Assembly (NCBI GenBank): GCA_951406725.2 | Contig: OX597817.1 | Coordinates: 123,008,001 to 123,072,000 of the forward strand | From: Octopus vulgaris | Taxonomy: Eukaryota | Direction of reading: 5' to 3' | Length of the DNA stretch: 64,000 nucleotides | Shown: positions 39,361 through 52,099 of the stretch, piece by piece | Numbering within the stretch: the first letter of the stretch is position 1 | How the letters are laid out: every line of letters begins with the position of its first letter | The notes under the pieces: generated by a model | Database searches by the model: none | Told to the model about the DNA's origin: nothing | Seen by the model: the letters and a program-made list of their open reading frames with translations, nothing else | Made by a program: the position numbers and the translations under genes

Positions 39361-41282
39361 ATATTGTTATATTTCGGAATGGTCATATTGCCAGTTTAGC
39401 CAATAAAAACACACGCACTATATATTTGGTGTTATTTTGCTTCAGTGATATTTATTTTTTACATTAATCTTAATCTTATTTCGGCCAAAGTTCTTTCGTC
39501 ACACTCCTGTGACCGCATCAGTGGTCCTTTGTTTTCTTCTCACTTACTTGTGTCTCTCCTTACTAACCGTCACCCATTTTGTATTTCTATTGTATGTCTT
39601 CATTTGCGCATGCTTATATCTCTATGTGCGTCTATGTTTATTTAGTGTGTGTGTGGGGGGATGCCTGTAATATTTGTATCTTCTGGTTATATACATTCTT
39701 GTAATTTGTATTTTGTTTTTGTTGTTGTTGCTTTTGTTCTAATTTTGTTCATGTGTTTACATCCACCCATTATTATCATTACATATGCTTGTATGTATGT
39801 ATAACAACAATATTAGTAATAATAATAATAAATCTAATCGAGAAAAAAAAAAAAAAAAAAAGAATATATATATACATATATATATATATACATACATATA
39901 CATATACATATATATATATATACATATATACACACATATATACACATATACATATACATATATATACACATATACATATATATAGATATTCATTTCTATT
40001 TCTTTAATTACCTGTGTATTTATTATGTTTGCAGGATCCACTATTGTCATATGTTGTGGTGTGCGCTATTGCTCCATTCTAGTTTTCTATTCAGGCTAGG
40101 TTTATTTTCTATTATATGTGTAGCTTCTGTAATTTGTCTAATTGTTGCATCTGTTCTATGTGTGGACAATATCTTAATCTCTATGTTATTGATTGATCCC
40201 CCGTGTTCTTGTTCGGCGTGTTGGTACAGAATCGATGAGCTTTTACCTTCCTTGAGTTGTCTCCAATGTTCATTCACCCGCTCACCAATGCTTCTTGCAG
40301 TTTCCCCTACGTATGTTACTGTCTTGTTACTGCATCAACTCAAGGAAGGTAAAAGCTCATTGATTCTGTACCAACACGCCGAACAAGAACACGGGGGATC
40401 AATCAATAACATAGAGATTAAGATATTGTCCACACATAGAACAGATGCAACAATTAGACAAATTACAGAAGCTACACATATAATAGAAAATAAACCTAGC
40501 CTGAATAGAAAACTAGAATGGAGCAATAGCGCACACCACAACATATGACAATAGTGGATCCTGCAAACATAATAAATACACAGGTAATTAAAGAAATAGA
40601 AATGAATATCTATATATATGTATATGTGTATATATATGTATATGTATATGTGTATATATGTGTGTATATATGTATATATATATATATGTATATGTATGTA
40701 TATATATATATATGTATATATATATTCTTTTTTTTTTTTTTTTTTTTCTCGATTAGATTTATTATTATTATTACTAATATTGTTGTTATACATACATACA
40801 AGCATATGTAATGATAATAATGGGTGGATGTAAACACATGAACAAAATTAGAACAAAAGCAACAACAACAAAAACAAAATACAAATTACAAGAATGTATA
40901 TAACCAGAAGATACAAATATTACAGGCATCCCCCCACACACACACTAAATAAACATAGACGCACATAGAGATATAAGCATGCGCAAATGAAGACATACAA
41001 TAGAAATACAAAATGGCTGACGGTTAGTAAGGAGAGACACAAGTAAGTGAGAAGAAAACAAAGGACCACTGATGCGGTCACAGGAGTGTGACGAAAGAAC
41101 TTTGGCCGAAATAAGATTAAGATTAATGTAAAAAATAAATATCACTGAAGCAAAATAACACCAAATATATAGTGCGTGTGTTTTTATTGGCTAAACTGGC
41201 AATATGACCATTCCGAAATATAACAATATCTGTTTCAACACACGACTTCACATAAAAATCTTGCACAACAAATATTTAAACG
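39361..41282 (+). mobile_element. Penelope-like element, heavily 5'-truncated copy: ~0.9-kb inverted arm + direct arm + 53-bp tail (1.9-kb palindrome)
   Basis: 39361-40259 is the near-perfect reverse complement of 40336-41229, with a 76-bp spacer; both arms carry the GIY-YIG C-terminal coding region and 3' UTR of the element at 42037-44317; flanked by (TA)n. Confidence 0.93.
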
Positions 41283-41305
41283 TATATACATATATATTAC
41301 ATATA

Positions 41306-41384
<79 letters not shown>

Positions 41385-41443
41385 ATATATGGCAGTGCTC
41401 CAACATGGCCACCGCTCGTGAGCTGAAATTAGATAAAATAAAA

Positions 41444-41474
<31 letters not shown>

Positions 41475-42007
41475 TACACACACATATATATAGATATATA
41501 TATATGTATATGTGTATTTATGCCTACACATATATATAGGTACATACACACACACACATACACGCACATATATATCAACAATGCGGAAGGCTAGTTTATG
41601 GGATTACCTTAGGTTTCCTATCCATAAAGGTTTTAGCTTCATGGCATATCGTCAGATCCTAAAACCTGTTGGCACAAGACCTCTTAAAAAGTATATATAT
41701 ATATATATATATATATACTCATTTATTAAAGCTGTAAAAACATTACAAAAATATCATAGTAAACCGCTACTCAGCATTTCATGTTCCCATTCATGTGTGA
41801 GTATTTATAGTATATGTATATACTATAGAGGTACATATTTGTAAACACGTTCTATGTTTACACATGTATATATATGAATGTATCAATCTATCTATCTATA
41901 TATATATAAGATAAACTTATTTGGAAATGGATGCGTGGTATTCAATATATATAATATAAAAAAATATATATACCTTATATATGCATACATACATATATGT
42001 ACATACT

Positions 42008-42044
<37 letters not shown>

Positions 42045-42425
42045 ATATTTCGGAATGGTCATATTGCCTGTTTAGCCAATAAAAACACACGCACTATATA
42101 TTTGGTGTTATTTTGCTTCAGTGATATTTATTTTTTACATTAATCTTAATCTTATTTCGGCCAAAGTTCTTTCGTCACACTCCTGTGACCGCATCAGTGG
42201 TCCTTTGTTTTCTTCTCACTTACTTGTGTCTCTCCTTACTAACCGTCAGCCATTTTGTATTTCTATTGTATGTCTTCATTTGCGCATGCTTATATCTCTA
42301 TGTGCGTCTATGTTTATTTAGTGTGTGGGGGGGGGGATGCCTGTAATATTTGTATCTTCTGGTTATATACATTCTTGTAATTTGTATTTTGTTTTTGTTG
42401 TTGTTGCTTTTGTTCTAATTTAAAC

Positions 42426-43573
42426 ATGTACTCTCGCTATGTTGATGATATCAATATAGTAGTAAAGGCACCGCCACAAGAAAGTACTGTTGATATAGTA
42501 ATAGAAACTAATACTATGGAGAGCATCCAGCAAATAGCTAACTCCATCCACCAGAGTATTAAGGTCACAATAGACTACCCCACTAAACACCCCAACCATA
42601 GACTACCAGTACTAGACACTGAACTCTGGCTAGAAATTGTGAAAAATAAAACCCAAATCCTTCATTCATACTATGCAAAACCTATGGCCTCAAAATACCT
42701 GATCCACCGGAACTCAGCCATTGCGGGCAATGCCAAATTCAATATTTTGATGGCAGACCTCGTCAGAATAATGAGAAATGTGTCACGCATGTGCGAGCCT
42801 ACAGAATTAAAGAGACACATACAGTATTTCATTCACCGCATGCAGTTCTCTGGTTACAGCCATAAAGAAAGGATCAGAGTATACAAAGGAGCCATGAAGA
42901 AATTTGATAATATATTATGTAATGATAGGAATGGGATTTGCCCACTCTATAGGAACAAGTCATGGAACACTATAGAAAGGACAAAAAAGAAAATAAGGAA
43001 GGCCAACTCTTGGTATGATAGCCATAAATACCAGAGTGTCATGTTCGTTGACACCACCCCTGGAGGTGAACTAGCGTACCGCTTTAGAAGGACCCTAGAT
43101 AAACTTAAACTAAGAATTAAGGTTGTTGAAAAGCCAGGCAACCCTATCAGATCTATAATTGGTAGAACCTATCCTTTTAGTAGAACTCTCTGTACGGATA
43201 ACTATTGCACTGTATGTAGATTTAGCCCACAAACGAACTGTAAAGCCAGAAATGTGGTCTATAGTATAAGATGTATAGAGGGACGATGCAGTAACAAGAC
43301 AGTAACATACGTAGGGAAACTGCAAGAAGCATTGGTGAGCGGGTGAATGAACATTGGAGACAACTCAAGGAAGGTAAAAGCTCATCGATTCTGTACCAAC
43401 ACGCCGAACAAGAACACGGGGGATCAATCAATAACATAGAGATTAAGATATTGTCCACACATAGAACAGATGCAACAATTAGACAAATTACAGAAGCTAC
43501 ACATATAATAGAAAATAAACCTAGCCTGAATAGAAAACTAGAATGGAGCAATAGCGCACACCACAACATATGA
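42426..43573 (+). CDS. PLE polyprotein C-terminal half: RT (YVDD, thumb) + Cys-rich linker + GIY-YIG endonuclease; one frameshift near 43314
   Basis: [41 protein letters not shown]...[12 protein letters not shown]....C....TYVG([10 protein letters not shown])NEH...QHAEQEH...[15 protein letters not shown]. The copy at 40290-40310 has gtagggg (in frame) versus gtaggg here. Confidence 0.9.
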
Positions 43574-44096
43574 CAATAGTGGATCCTGCAAACATAATAA
43601 ATACACAGGTAATTAAAGAAATAGAAATGAATATCTATATATATGTATATGTGTATATATATGTATATGTATATGTATATATATGTGTGTATATATGTAT
43701 ATATATATATATATATATATGTATATGTATATGTATGTATATATATATATATGTATATGTATATTCTTTTTTTTTTTTTTTTTCTCGATTAGATTTATTA
43801 TTATTATTACTAGTATTGTTGTTATACATACATACAAGCATATGTAATGATAATAATGGGTGGATGTAAACACATGAATAAAATTAGAACAAAAGCAACA
43901 ACAACAAAAACAAAATACAAATTACAAGAATGTATATAACCAGAAGATACAAATATTACAGGCATCCCCCCCCACACACTAAATAAACATAGACGCACAT
44001 AGAGATATAAGCATGCGCAAATGAAGACATACAATAGAAATAAAAAATGGCTGATGGTTAGTAAGGAGAGACACAAGTAAGTGAGAAGAAAACAAA

Positions 44097-44141
44097 GGAC
44101 CACTGATGCGGTCACAGGAGTGTGACGAAAGAACTTTGGCC
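44097..44141 (+). ncRNA. Variant hammerhead-like motif in the PLE pseudo-LTR (4 identical copies in the window)
   Basis: cca-CTGATGC-g-gtcac(aggagt)gtgac-GAAA-gaac-TT-tgg; copies at ~41063-41107 (+), ~39483-39527 (-) and ~42159-42203 (-). Confidence 0.55.
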
Positions 44142-44318
44142 GAAATAAGATTAAGATTAATGTAAAAAATAAATATCACTGAAGCAAAATAACACCAAAT
44201 ATATAGTGCGTGTGTTTCTATTGGCTAAACTGGCAATATGACCATTCCGAAATATAACAATATCTGTTTCAACACACGACTTCACATAAAAAATCTTGCA
44301 CAACAAATATTTAAACGT

Positions 44319-44352
<34 letters not shown>

Positions 44353-44354
44353 GC

Positions 44355-44960
44355 ATATATGGGTACAGGACATCACAAAACATAAACAACATAAATTACA
44401 AAATATGAAAGCAACAGGAAACACGAAGGTAAACTTGGGTATGTGAACAAAGAGAGAAAGAAATGGAAAATAAGACCAGTAGCATAAAGAAAGACCCTTT
44501 GTCAGTTTTTGGCTGTTCATCTACTCCACAATTCAAGCAATTAACGACAATATGAGGCTTCGAAAAACAGTTGTTCCACTGAACCAAAATAAAAATTGTG
44601 ATTTGCAGAGGGTCAAAGTTGGTAAGAAAAGCAGGACAGTGGAGACATACAACAAACCAAATGAAAGCAAAAATGGGGCGCTGTTAGGTCAGACAAAGTA
44701 AGGTAGCAAATGCTGGAGGAATATTCTTTGACAAGAGAAAAGATAGACTGAAGGTAAAGAAAGATGATCACCTGAGGAAAAGAAAGATGGATGATGGTCA
44801 TGTGGTGGCACTTAGAAAGAGTAAAGGAGGAAGAGGGAGAGAGAGAAAAACAGACAGGCAGAAAAAAGAATTTAGAGAAAGGATGAGAGAAAAATGGAAG
44901 GGGTAGAAGGGATGTAAAAAGAATTAGAGAAAGGAAGAGAGAGAAAACAAAAGGGGAAGA
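44355..44960 (-). mobile_element. Interspersed repeat of the 14878-15420 family
   Basis: Collinear similarity to 14878-15420 (atatgggtacag.., acgacaatatgag.., cagttg.tcc, gagggtcaaagttgg, gacagtgg.gacataca). Confidence 0.7.
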
Positions 44961-45118
44961 GAGAACATATTTTATTTATATCATATATATATGAATGTAT
45001 GTGTATATATATATGTATATATATATATACATATATATATATACATATATAGATAAACACATATATATATACATATATATGTATATATATATATATACAT
45101 ACATATATATATATATAT

Positions 45119-45365
45119 CATCATCATCATCATCATCATCGTTTAACGTCCGTTTTCCGCGCTAGCACGGGTTGGACGGTTTCGACCGGGGTCTGGGGAG
45201 CTCGGGACTGCCCCAGGCTCCAGTCTAGTCTGGCAGTGTTTCTACAGCTGGATGCCCTTCCTAACGCCAACCACTCCGCGAGTGTAGTGGGTTTTTTACG
45301 TGCCACCTGCACAGGTGCCAGAGGGGTCTGGCATCGGCCACGTTCGGATGGTGCTTTTTATGTGG
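45119..45365 (-). mobile_element. RTE-type 3' tail element with (GAT)n tail
   Basis: (TCA)n-tcgtttaacgtccgttttccgcgctagcacgggttggacgg...tttctacagctggatgcccttcctaacgccaaccactcc. Confidence 0.85.
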
Positions 45366-45613
45366 GGGGGGATGCAGAAATATATAGGGGAGCACCAGTG
45401 GGGAGGGGTGGTTCAGAGAAATGATGACAGGTTCTAGGCAAGTAGAACGTAGGATATCAAGAGAGGGTAATGCATGGTGAAATAGCGTGTTGAAGAGGGG
45501 GGTTCGAAGAGTAGACACCTATAATGGTGGTGGTGGGAGAAGCGACATCCGGAATATAGTTGAACTTATGGAACTTTAGAGAAACGGGCGGGAAAAGGTG
45601 GCATAGAGATATC

Positions 45614-48600
45614 CGGTAGACAAATGTATGTATGTATGTATGAAAAAGAGGAGAAATCGTAGCCTGCTCATGGACATCGCTGTAAACCAGGAGAAGAAAT
45701 GATAGTGAATGGTGGAGATCGAATTAAAGGGAATATGCGAAGGTTGAACTTTAGAGAAACGGGCGGGAATGGCGATGTTTTTAGGGTGGCATGTAGAAAG
45801 AAAAGGAAAGCAAAGCAGATTGGTGGTTATAAGTTCAAAACATTTAAACGGTAGACAAATGTATGTATGTATGTATGAAAAAAGAAGGGAGAAATCGTAG
45901 CCTGCTCATGGACATCGCTGTAAACCAGGAGAAGAAATGATAGTGAATGGTGGAGATCGAATTAAAGGGAATATGCGAAGGTTGAACTTTAGAGAAACGG
46001 GCGGGAATGGCGATGTTTTTAGGGTGGCATGTAGAAAGAAAAGGAAAGCAAAGCAGATTGGTGGTTATAAGTTCAAAACATTTAAACGGTAGACAAATGT
46101 ATGTATGTATGTATGAAAAAGAAGGGAGAAATCGTAGCCTGCTCATGGACATCGCTGTAAACCAGGAGAAGAAATGATAGTGAATGGTGGAGATCGAATT
46201 AAAGGGAATATGCGAAGGTTGAACTTTAGAGAAACGGGCGGGAATGGCGATGTTTTTAGGGTGGCATGTAGAAAGAAAAGGAAAGCAAAGCAGATTGGTG
46301 GTTATAAGTTCAAAACATTTAAACGGTAGACAAATGTATGTATGTATGTATGAAAAAGAAGGGAGAAATCGTAGCCTGCTCATGGACATCGCTGTAAACC
46401 AGGAGAAGAAATGATAGTGAATGGTGGAGATCGAATTAAAGGGAATATGCGAAGGTTGAACTTTAGAGAAACGGGCGGGAATGGCGATGTTTTTAGGGTG
46501 GCATGTAGAAAGAAAAGGAAAGCAAAGCAGATTGGTGGTTATAAGTTCAAAACATTTAAACGGTAGACAAATGTATGTATGTATGTATGAAAAAAGAAGG
46601 GAGAAATCGTAGCCTGCTCATGGACATCGCTGTAAACCAGGAGAAGAAATGATAGTGAATGGTGGAGATCGAATTAAAGGGAATATGCGAAGGTTGAACT
46701 TTAGAGAAACGGGCGGGAATGGCGATGTTTTTAGGGTGGCATGTAGAAAGAAAAGGAAAGCAAAGCAGATTGGTGGTTATAAGTTCAAAACATTTAAACG
46801 GTAGACAAATGTATGTATGTATGTATGAAAAAAGAAGGGAGAAATCGTAGCCTGCTCATGGACATCGCTGTAAACCAGGAGAAGAAATGATAGTGAATGG
46901 TGGAGATCGAATTAAAGGGAATATGCGAAGGTTGAACTTTAGAGAAACGGGCGGGAATGGCGATGTTTTTAGGGTGGCATGTAGAAAGAAAAGGAAAGCA
47001 AAGCAGATTGGTGGTTATAAGTTCAAAACATTTAAACGGTAGACAAATGTATGTATGTATGTATGAAAAAGAAGGGAGAAATCGTAGCCTGCTCATGGAC
47101 ATCGCTGTAAACCAGGAGAAGAAATGATAGTGAATGGTGGAGATCGAATTAAAGGGAATATGCGAAGGTTGAACTTTAGAGAAACGGGCGGGAATGGCGA
47201 TGTTTTTAGGGTGGCATGTAGAAAGAAAAGGAAAGCAAAGCAGATTGGTGGTTATAAGTTCAAAACATTTAAACGGTAGACAAATGTATGTATGTATGTA
47301 TGAAAAAAGAAGGGAGAAATCGTAGCCTGCTCATGGACATCGCTGTAAACCAGGAGAAGAAATGATAGTGAATGGTGGAGATCGAATTAAAGGGAATATG
47401 CGAAGGTTGAACTTTAGAGAAACGGGCGGGAATGGCGATGTTTTTAGGGTGGCATGTAGAAAGAAAAGGAAAGCAAAGCAGATTGGTGGTTATAAGTTCA
47501 AAACATTTAAACGGTAGACAAATGTATGTATGTATGTATGAAAAAAGAAGGGAGAAATCGTAGCCTGCTCATGGACATCGCTGTAAACCAGGAGAAGAAA
47601 TGATAGTGAATGGTGGAGATCGAATTAAAGGGAATATGCGAAGGTTGAACTTTAGAGAAACGGGCGGGAATGGCGATGTTTTTAGGGTGGCATGTAGAAA
47701 GAAAAGGAAAGCAAAGCAGATTGGTGGTTATAAGTTCAAAACATTTAAACGGTAGACAAATGTATGTATGTATGTATGAAAAAAGAAGGGAGAAATCGTA
47801 GCCTGCTCATGGACATCGCTGTAAACCAGGAGAAGAAATGATAGTGAATGGTGGAGATCGAATTAAAGGGAATATGCGAAGGTTGAACTTTAGAGAAACG
47901 GGCGGGAATGGCGATGTTTTTAGGGTGGCATGTAGAAAGAAAAGGAAAGCAAAGCAGATTGGTGGTTATAAGTTCAAAACATTTAAACGGTAGACAAATG
48001 TATGTATGTATGTATGAAAAAAGAAGGGAGAAATCGTAGCCTGCTCATGGACATCGCTGTAAACCAGGAGAAGAAATGATAGTGAATGGTGGAGATCGAA
48101 TTAAAGGGAATATGCGAAGGTTGAACTTTAGAGAAACGGGCGGGAATGGCGATGTTTTTAGGGTGGCATGTAGAAAGAAAAGGAAAGCAAAGCAGATTGG
48201 TGGTTATAAGTTCAAAACATTTAAACGGTAGACAAATGTATGTATGTATGTATGAAAAAAGAAGGGAGAAATCGTAGCCTGCTCATGGACATCGCTGTAA
48301 ACCAGGAGAAGAAATGATAGTGAATGGTGGAGATCGAATTAAAGGGAATATGCGAAGGTTGAACTTTAGAGAAACGGGCGGGAATGGCGATGTTTTTAGG
48401 GTGGCATGTAGAAAGAAAAGGAAAGCAAAGCAGATTGGTGGTTATAAGTTCAAAACATTTAAACGGTAGACAAATGTATGTATGTATGTATGAAAAAAGA
48501 AGGAGAAATCGTAGCCTGCTCATGGACATCGCTGTANNNNNNNNNNNNNNNNNNNNNNNNNNNNNNNNNNNNNNNNNNNNNNNNNNNNNNNNNNNNNNNN

Positions 48601-51600
48601 NNNNNNNNNNNNNNNNNNNNNNNNNNNNNNNNNNNNGAATATGCGAAGGTTGAACTTTAGAGGAACGGGCGGGAATGGCGATGTTTTTAGGGTGGCATGT
48701 AGAAAGAAAAGGAAAGCAAAGCAGATTGGTGGTTATAAGTTCAAAAACATTTAAACGGTAGACAAATGTATGTATGTATGTATGAAAAAAGAAGGGAGAA
48801 ATCGTAGCCTGCTCATGGACATCGCTGTAAACCAGGAGAAGAAATGATAGTGAATGGTGGAGATCGAATTAAAGGGAATATGCGAAGGTTGAACTTTAGA
48901 GGAACGGGCGGGAATGGCGATGTTTTTAGGGTGGCATGTAGAAAGAAAAGGAAAGCAAAGCAGATTGGTGGTTATAAGTTCAAAACATTTAAACGGTAGA
49001 CAAATGTATGTATGTATGTATGAAAAAGAAGGGAGAAATCGTAGCCTGCTCATGGACATCGCTGTAACCAGGAGAAGAAATGATAGTGAATGGTGGAGAT
49101 CGAATTAAAGGGAATATGCGAAGGTTGAACTTTAGAGAAACGGGCGGGAATGGCGATGTTTTTAGGGTGGCATGTAGAAAGAAAAGGAAAGCAAAGCAGA
49201 TTGGTGGTTATAAGTTCAAAACATTTAAACGGTAGACAAATGTATGTATGTATGTATGAAAAAAGAATGGAGAAATCGTAGCCTGCTCATGGACATCGCT
49301 GTAAACCAGGAGAAGAAATGATAGTGAATGGTGGAGATCGAATTAAAGGGAATATGCGAAGGTTGAACTTTAGAGGAACGGGCGGGAATGGCGATGTTTT
49401 TAGGGTGGCATGTAGAAAGAAAAGGAAAGCAAAGCAGATTGGTGGTTATAAGTTCAAAAACATTTAAACGGTAGACAAATGTATGTATGTATGTATGAAA
49501 AAAGAAGGGAGAAATCGTAGCCTGCTCATGGACATCGCTGTAAACCAGGAGAAGAAATGATAGTGAATGGTGGAGATCGAATTAAAGGGAATATGCGAAG
49601 GTTGAACTTTAGAGGAACGGGCGGGAATGGCGATGTTTTTAGGGTGGCATGTAGAAAGAAAAGGAAAGCAAAGCAGATTGGTGGTTATAAGTTCAAAACA
49701 TTTAAACGGTAGACAAATGTATGTATGTATGTATGAAAAAAGAAGGGAGAAATCGTAGCCTGCTCATGGACATCGCTGTAAACCAGGAGAAGAAATGATA
49801 GTGAATGGTGGAGATCGAATTAAAGGGAATATGCGAAGGTTGAACTTTAGAGAAACGGGCGGGAATGGCGATGTTTTTAGGGTGGCATGTAGAAAGAAAA
49901 GGAAAGCAAAGCAGATTGGTGGTTATAAGTTCAAAACATTTAAACGGTAGACAAATGTATGTATGTATGTATGAAAAAAGAAGGGAGAAATCGTAGCCTG
50001 CTCATGGACATCGCTGTAAACCAGGAGAAGAAATGATAGTGAATGGTGGAGATCGAATTAAGGGGAATATGCGAAGGTTGAACTTTAGAGGAACGGGCGG
50101 GAATGGCGATGTTTTTAGGGTGGCATGTAGAAAGAAAAGGAAAGCAAAGCAGATTGGTGGTTATAAGTTCAAAAACATTTAAACGGTAGACAAATGTATG
50201 TATGTATGAAAAAAGAAGGGAGAAATCGTAGCCTGCTCATGGACATCGCTGTAAACCAGGAGAAGAAATGATAGTGAATGGTGGAGATCGAATTAAAGGG
50301 AATATGCGAAGGTTGAACTTTAGAGGAACGGGCGGGAATGGCGATGTTTTTAGGGTGGCATGTAGAAAGAAAAGGAAAGCAAAGCAGATTGGTGGTTATA
50401 AGTTCAAAACATTTAAACGGTAGACAAATGTATGTATGTATGTATGAAAAAGAAGGGAGAAATCGTAGCCTGCTCATGGACATCGCTGTAAACCAGGAGA
50501 AGAAATGATAGTGAATGGTGGAGATCGAATTAAAGGGAATATGCGAAGGTTGAACTTTAGAGAAACGGGCGGGAATGGCGATGTTTTTAGGGTGGCATGT
50601 AGAAAGAAAAGGAAAGCAAAGCAGATTGGTGGTTATAAGTTCAAAACATTTAAACGGTAGACAAATGTATGTATGTATGTATGAAATAAGAAGGGAGAAA
50701 TCGTAGCCTGCTCATGGACATCGCTGTAAACCAGGAGAAGAAATGATAGTGAATGGTGGAGATCGAATTAAAGGGAATATGCGAAGGTTGAACTTTAGAG
50801 GAACGGGCGGGAATGGCGATGTTTTTAGGGTGGCATGTAGAAAGAAAAGGAAAGCAAAGCAGATTGGTGGTTATAAGTTCAAAAACATTTAAACGGTAGA
50901 CAAATGTATGTATGTATGTATGAAAAAAGAAGGGAGAAATCGTAGCCTGCTCATGGACATCGCTGTAAACCAGGAGAAGAAATGATAGTGAATGGTGGAG
51001 ATCGAATTAAAGGGAATATGCGAAGGTTGAACTTTAGAGGAACGGGCGGGAATGGCGATGTTTTTAGGGTGGCATGTAGAAAGAAAAGGAAAGCAAAGCA
51101 GATTGGTGGTTATAAGTTCAAAAACATTTAAACGGTAGACAAATGTATGTATGTATGTATGAAATAGAAGGGAGAAATCGTAGCCTGCTCATGGACATCG
51201 CTGTAAACCAGGAGAAGAAATGATAGTGAATGGTGGAGATCGAATTAAAGGGAATATGCGAAGGTTGAACTTTAGAGGAACGGGCGGGAATGGCGATGTT
51301 TTTAGGGTGGCATGTAGAAAGAAAAGGAAAGCAAAGCAGATTGGTGGTTATAAGTTCAAAACATTTAAACGGTAGACAAATGTATGTATGTATGTATGAA
51401 AAAAGAAGGGAGAAATCGTAGCCTGCTCATGGACATCGCTGTAAACCAGGAGAAGAAATGATAGTGAATGGTGGAGATCGAATTAAAGGGAATATGCGAA
51501 GGTTGAACTTTAGAGAAACGGGCGGGAATAGCGATGTTTTTAGGGTGGCATGTAGAAAGAAAAGGAAAGCAAAGCAGATTGGTGGTTATAAGTTCAAAAC

Positions 51601-51980
51601 ATTTAAACGGTAGACAAATGTATGTATGTATGTATGAAAAAAGAAGGGAGAAATCGTAGCCTGCTCATGGACATCGCTGTAAACCAGGAGAAGAAATGAT
51701 AGTGAATGGTGGAGATCGAATTAAAGGGAATATGCGAAGGTTGAACTTTAGAGAAACGGGCGGGAATGGCGATGTTTTTAGGGTGGCATGTAGAAAGAAA
51801 AGGAAAGCAAAGCAGATTGGTGGTTATAAGTTCAAAACATTTAAACGGTAGACAAATGTATGTATGTATGTATGAAAAAGAAGGGAGAAATCGTAGCCTG
51901 CTCATGGACATCGCTGTAAACCAGGAGAAGAAATGATAGTGAATGGTGGAGATCGAATTAAAGGGAATATGCGAAGGTTG
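45614..51980. repeat. Satellite array, ~238-bp unit, at least 26 near-identical copies
   Basis: Unit cggtagacaaatgtatgtatgtatgtatgaaaaaagaagggagaaatcgtagcctgctcatggacatcgctg...gttcaaaacatttaaa; ~12 units before and ~14 after the gap. Confidence 0.98.
48537..48636. other. Assembly gap (100 N)
   Basis: Run of 100 N inside the satellite; true array length is unknown. Confidence 0.99.
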
Positions 51981-52099
51981 TATATATATAGATATATATA
52001 TATATGTATACATATATATACATGTATATACATATAGATATATACACATATACATGTATATACATATATATACATATGTATATACATATACATATATAC

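Larger units (their letters stand above)
42037..44317 (+). mobile_element. Penelope-like element (Naiad-like), 5'-truncated, with inverted 5' pseudo-LTR
   Basis: 42037-42421 is the reverse complement of ~43880-44262; RT-EN ORF from 42426; 3' UTR ends ...caacaaatatttaaacg at 44317, the same end as 41282; inserted in (TA)n. Confidence 0.93.

Noticed and set aside
43190-43640. Selenoprotein (UGA-Sec/SECIS) feature reported for some Naiad PLEs
   Set aside because: All visible conserved Cys positions use TGT/TGC, there is no in-frame TGA before the terminal stop, readthrough meets TAG two codons later, and no convincing SECIS is visible. The missing 5' part cannot be assessed.
45614-51980. Satellite considered as a CRISPR-like array or repeated CDS ([12 protein letters not shown]...)
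   Set aside because: No unique spacers; whole 238-bp units are repeated, unit length is usually not a multiple of 3, and ORF continuity depends on A-run length.
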